Assembly (NCBI GenBank): GCA_963422645.2
Contig: CAXXVO010000009.1
Span: 406,378 to 470,377 of the forward strand
Length of the DNA stretch: 64,000 nucleotides
Direction of reading: 5' to 3'
Origin: Alphaproteobacteria bacterium
Lineage (GTDB): Bacteria; Pseudomonadota; Alphaproteobacteria; UBA828
Shown here: positions 60,832 through 64,000 of the stretch, piece by piece
How positions within the stretch are numbered: position 1 is the stretch's first letter
How the letters are laid out: the number at the start of each line of letters is the position of its first letter
Notes under the pieces: generated by a model
Database searches by the model: none
The model's input: the letters and a program-made list of their open reading frames with translations, nothing else
Told to the model about the DNA's origin: nothing
Program-made: the position numbers and the translations under genes

Positions 60832-63189
60832 TCAGACTTCCTGACCTCTGCTGATTTTAGGTGACACGAGCCGCGCGGATTCCGAGGCCCCGTCGATGTC
60901 GTAGACTATGCGCAGACGGGTGCCGGGGAAGACCGTTTCGGTGGCGTTCAGGTCGCTCAGAACCGCATCGATCCAACGGTCGCAGGCGTCGTTTGCGAGG
61001 CCAAGAATGTGGACCCGCAGGAGGCCATTGCCAGGATCCGGCAGGATGTCGGCATCGGCGGTGAGCAGCGCTTGAAGCAGTTTCCGGGGATGGGGCTTGT
61101 GGCCCTGCGCCTGCATGACGGGAAGCATCATGCGGGTTTCGGCGCGGTAGGCGATCATCCGGATGACGTCGAGGAGGAGGCGCTCGCGCGCGGGCAAGGC
61201 ATCGAGCTGCTCGGCTTCGTCGAGGTCGCCGGCCCGGCAGTGCTTGGGCGTCTCCCTGCGGCTGGCCCTGACGATGTCGCGGACATCCTGGAGGTCCCTG
61301 ACTTCCCTCCTGAGTTCCGCCGTCGGCTGCTTCTTCCGGGCCGTGTCGGCGATGCGGTTGCGCAGGCGGCCAAGCTGGCGGTCGAGGCGATGGATTGCCT
61401 TGTCATAGGCCCGCCGCAGCGGGTTGACGACCATGGCGGCGGGATCGAGAGGCTCGAGCTCGTGGGTCGGCAGGGCGTCGAGATTGAACTCGTCACGCAT
61501 GTACTTGAAGAAGTTCTCCTGCGACCAGCGCGAGAACATGGCGCCCGCAACCTCAGCCATCGGCTTGTGCGGATCGGTGGTGATCAGCGGCACCTGACGG
61601 CCGTTGTCGAGCAGGCGGCGGATCTGGCGCACCCTGAAGCCGTTCGGCAACGTCACCGGCTTCTCAGCCAGCCGCATGGTGGCGCTGCCGTCCGCCGCCG
61701 GTCCGTGAATGGGAACGGTCATCGCGCCGAAGTCCTCGGCCGGCCAGTCCTCGCCCCTGAAGTTCTTGTGCCAGGTCAGGCAGGCGACGCCGCGCCTCGC
61801 CAGCCGGCGGAACAGATCCGGGCTCCAGCCCTCGCGGTCGAAGACCAGGGTGAGCGCCGGCTGGCCGGGATGCTCGGCGGTCAGGTCCGGCGCCCCGGCG
61901 CCAACGATCCCAAGCTCCTGCAGCGCCGGCACCACGTCGGCTTCGATGGCCGCGACCATCTTCGGGTCCAGCGGCTTGTGCAGACAGAGCAGCGGCTTGC
62001 CGCCCAGAGCGTTGATCCAGTAGCTAGCGCTCGCCGGCAGGCACAGCTTCTCGCGCGAGACGAAGTGCTTGGGCAAGCGCCCCTTGCGGCCGGAGTAGAC
62101 CTTGACGTGCCCGTCGATGGCCAGCGTCGCCCAGAGCTCCGGCTCGTCGGCCTGCCAGCGCCTGGCAAGGGCGAGCTGCCACGCCCGCACGCCGGCCTCG
62201 TCGTCGGCGATGAGAGCGATCTTGCGGCGCAGCGTCTTGACCTCGGGGCAGCGATCGAGGCCGAGAATGGCGCCCCATTCGCCCGGCGCCTGGTAGCGCA
62301 GGCTCTCGGGGTTGCGCACCCGCGCCAAGGTCATGAAGGCCAGGAAGAGCAGGATCGTAGGCAAGCCGTAATAGCCCTTCGGCAGCAATGGCAGGAGACC
62401 GGTCTCGGAGAGAAGACCTTCCTTCAGCAGGGCCGGCAGGGCGGCGAGCACGCCGCCGAAGCGGACACCGCGGGCGGCGGCGGCGAACTGCGGTTCGACC
62501 GGCCCCGCCTGTCCACAACTGGCCAGAACCCGAGCCGGAACATCGCAAGTCGCACGCCCCATCGGCGCCTGCCGGTCCCGCCGATCGCGCGCGCTGCGAT
62601 CCGTTTGCGGCTGCGCTTCCAGCCCCGGCGCCGTCTCCGGCCCCGGGGCACCGGTACTCTCTTCATCGACACGGCCTTCAGGAGCCGCACCCGCGTCAGG
62701 CGGCGCAGCCAGCGCTGAGCGTCCGGGCTCCCCATCCGCCTCCGTGTTGCCGATCAGTCCCTGACGGCGCCACTTGTTGACCGATGGCGCTGACACGCCG
62801 AGAACCCGGGCCGCCGCAGAGCCGCTCAGGCCCGATGCCAGCAACGCCGTCGCCTTCTCCGCCAACTCCGGAGTGAACACCGACGGCCCGCGACCGCGCC
62901 GGGGCTTCATGAACCCCGCTTCGCCCTCGGCCAGGTAGCGCCGTCGTGCGCGCTGCACCGTCGCGCGCGAGACAGCGAAAGCGTCAGCCAGTTCCTGCGG
63001 CGAGACCGCGCTGATCGCCGCGAGGCGGCCGATCCGCAAGAGCATGGCCGTGCGGTCATCGGCGGCGTGGCTGTCAAAGGGAATGAGGTTGGAAAAGTAG
63101 GTGAAGGTGTCGTCCGAGATCAGGACGGCGAAGCAGCTGTTGCCGATCGAGACCGCCTCTGGAGGGCACATTGGGAGGGTACTGGGCAT
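60832..63189 (-). CDS. 785-aa putative DDE transposase with tandem N-terminal HTHs
   Basis: Sole ORF between the TIRs; LAIDGH, VFDREG, FSRWSQENFFKY (resembles the IS4-superfamily YREK signature); HTH motifs VSRATVQR and VSAPSVNKW. Confidence 0.8.
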   Translation of the reverse strand: MPSTLPMCPPEAVSIGNSCFAVLISDDTFTYFSNLIPFDSHAADDRTAMLLRIGRLAAISAVSPQELADAFAVSRATVQRARRRYLAEGEAGFMKPRRGRGPSVFTPELAEKATALLASGLSGSAAARVLGVSAPSVNKWRRQGLIGNTEADGEPGRSALAAPPDAGAAPEGRVDEESTGAPGPETAPGLEAQPQTDRSARDRRDRQAPMGRATCDVPARVLASCGQAGPVEPQFAAAARGVRFGGVLAALPALLKEGLLSETGLLPLLPKGYYGLPTILLFLAFMTLARVRNPESLRYQAPGEWGAILGLDRCPEVKTLRRKIALIADDEAGVRAWQLALARRWQADEPELWATLAIDGHVKVYSGRKGRLPKHFVSREKLCLPASASYWINALGGKPLLCLHKPLDPKMVAAIEADVVPALQELGIVGAGAPDLTAEHPGQPALTLVFDREGWSPDLFRRLARRGVACLTWHKNFRGEDWPAEDFGAMTVPIHGPAADGSATMRLAEKPVTLPNGFRVRQIRRLLDNGRQVPLITTDPHKPMAEVAGAMFSRWSQENFFKYMRDEFNLDALPTHELEPLDPAAMVVNPLRRAYDKAIHRLDRQLGRLRNRIADTARKKQPTAELRREVRDLQDVRDIVRASRRETPKHCRAGDLDEAEQLDALPARERLLLDVIRMIAYRAETRMMLPVMQAQGHKPHPRKLLQALLTADADILPDPGNGLLRVHILGLANDACDRWIDAVLSDLNATETVFPGTRLRIVYDIDGASESARLVSPKISRGQEV

Positions 63190-63343
63190 GGTTGAGACCG
63201 TGCAATTGGTATCAAATTATACTATCAGACCTCGGGCGCGACACCCAGCGAAAAACCGCCTGAAACAACCGAAATGTATCAGAATTCAAGGAGTTCCCGG
63301 CACGCTGCCCAGAACAGCCAGCATCACGAGGTCAGGAAGTCTG
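60833..63343 (-). mobile_element. Unclassified 2.5-kb IS nested in the IS21 right end
   Basis: 16-bp perfect TIRs CAGACTTCCTGACCTC / GAGGTCAGGAAGTCTG; 5-bp TSD AATTT at 60828-60832 and 63344-63348. Confidence 0.88.
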
Positions 63344-63388
63344 AATTTTGCACGCCGATCGGGGGTCAGTATTGAAAGCCGATTGACA

Positions 63389-63804
63389 AGCATAAGGAGG
63401 GCTGCCTGCGCTTCCTCACCGACCTGCGCACGCCGTTCACGAACAACGAGGCGGAGCGTGACATCCGTATGAACAAAGTGCATGAGAAGATCTCAGGCGG
63501 CTTCCGCTCCCTGCAAGGCGCCTGCAACTTCGCCGGAATGCGCAGCGTCATCGTCACCGCTCGAAAGCAAGGCTGGAACATCCTGCAAATCCTGGCGCAC
63601 CCGGAACCGATGCAGCTGATCCCTATACTGCGCTCCTGAACTTCTCCGGCTCATCCTGAGTATCGCTGTCCTCTCATCTTGTTCGCGACGCGGCGTTCAT
63701 CATCCTCTCGCGCTCAAGAGAGTAGGCACCCCCGCGGCGTGGGGGCGTTGACGCAAAAGGAACTGGCTTGTTCCATAAGAGAGAGGGGGTACCTGGGCAG
63801 TTAC
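63389..63804 (+). mobile_element. IS66 remnant (3' end of tnpC plus one TIR)
   Basis: 63391-63639 encodes HKEGCLRFL...FTNNEAERDIRM...KISGGFRS...TARKQGWN; TIR ACCTGGGCAGTTAC at 63791-63804. Confidence 0.88.
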
Positions 63805-64000
63805 ACTAATTGAGCGTGCTTGCCCTGCACCTAATGTCTTCAACACTAAATGACTGGCTCCCGGCCTGGAATGACAAATTAATTCGGACAGGAATAGGGT
63901 TTCTGATATTGTCAGCATAGACCGCCCCGCAAACATGGGTCTCTGCCGCGTCCCGGCAACCTATCAGTAAGTCGTCCTGAAGGCGTACGGCAGCGCCGGG

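Larger units (their letters stand above)
58322..63388 (+). mobile_element. IS21-family element containing a nested IS in its right end
   Basis: TG...CA termini; reiterated TGACCCCC motifs at both ends; istA-istB; no flanking duplication. Confidence 0.88.

Noticed and set aside
63996-64000. CCGGG at the window end as the second Mu target duplication
   Set aside because: Not preceded by CA or by inverted copies of the 24-bp motif; the 5-mer is common at this GC content.

Overview
GC-rich alphaproteobacterial chromosome segment (popZ, lpxI, olsBA, coq7 and the bamA-lpx cluster; order not determinable from sequence alone). 1-22 kb is an accessory catabolic region: an Opp/Dpp-type ABC operon split by an IS1634 element, an internally deleted Rieske oxygenase, an enolase-superfamily enzyme, an ADH, LLM/amidohydrolase genes, a hicAB module whose toxin is split by an IS66 element, SDR/LLM, and prpB/CoA-transferase/crotonase genes. 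22-55 kb is housekeeping core (coq7, dsbB-like, metC, ilvD, valS, popZ, fur-olsB-olsA, rimI-like, tsaB, ddpX, nfuA, trpS, murJ, glnD, rseP-bamA-skp-lpxD-fabZ-lpxA-lpxI-lpxB). 55.2-64 kb is the most unusual part. A Mu-like transposon end (TGT terminus, three repeated sites, CCGGG flank) is fused directly to a 5'-truncated phage tail-tip gene and a tandem pair of tail-fibre-like genes with a constant N-terminus and a variable Gly-rich C-terminus, separated by a QueC-like PP-loop fragment. This is cut off by an IS21 that carries a nested, unclassified 2.5-kb IS in its right end, followed by an IS66 remnant. No rRNA, tRNA or CRISPR array was seen. All calls come from reading the sequence; no database searches were run.
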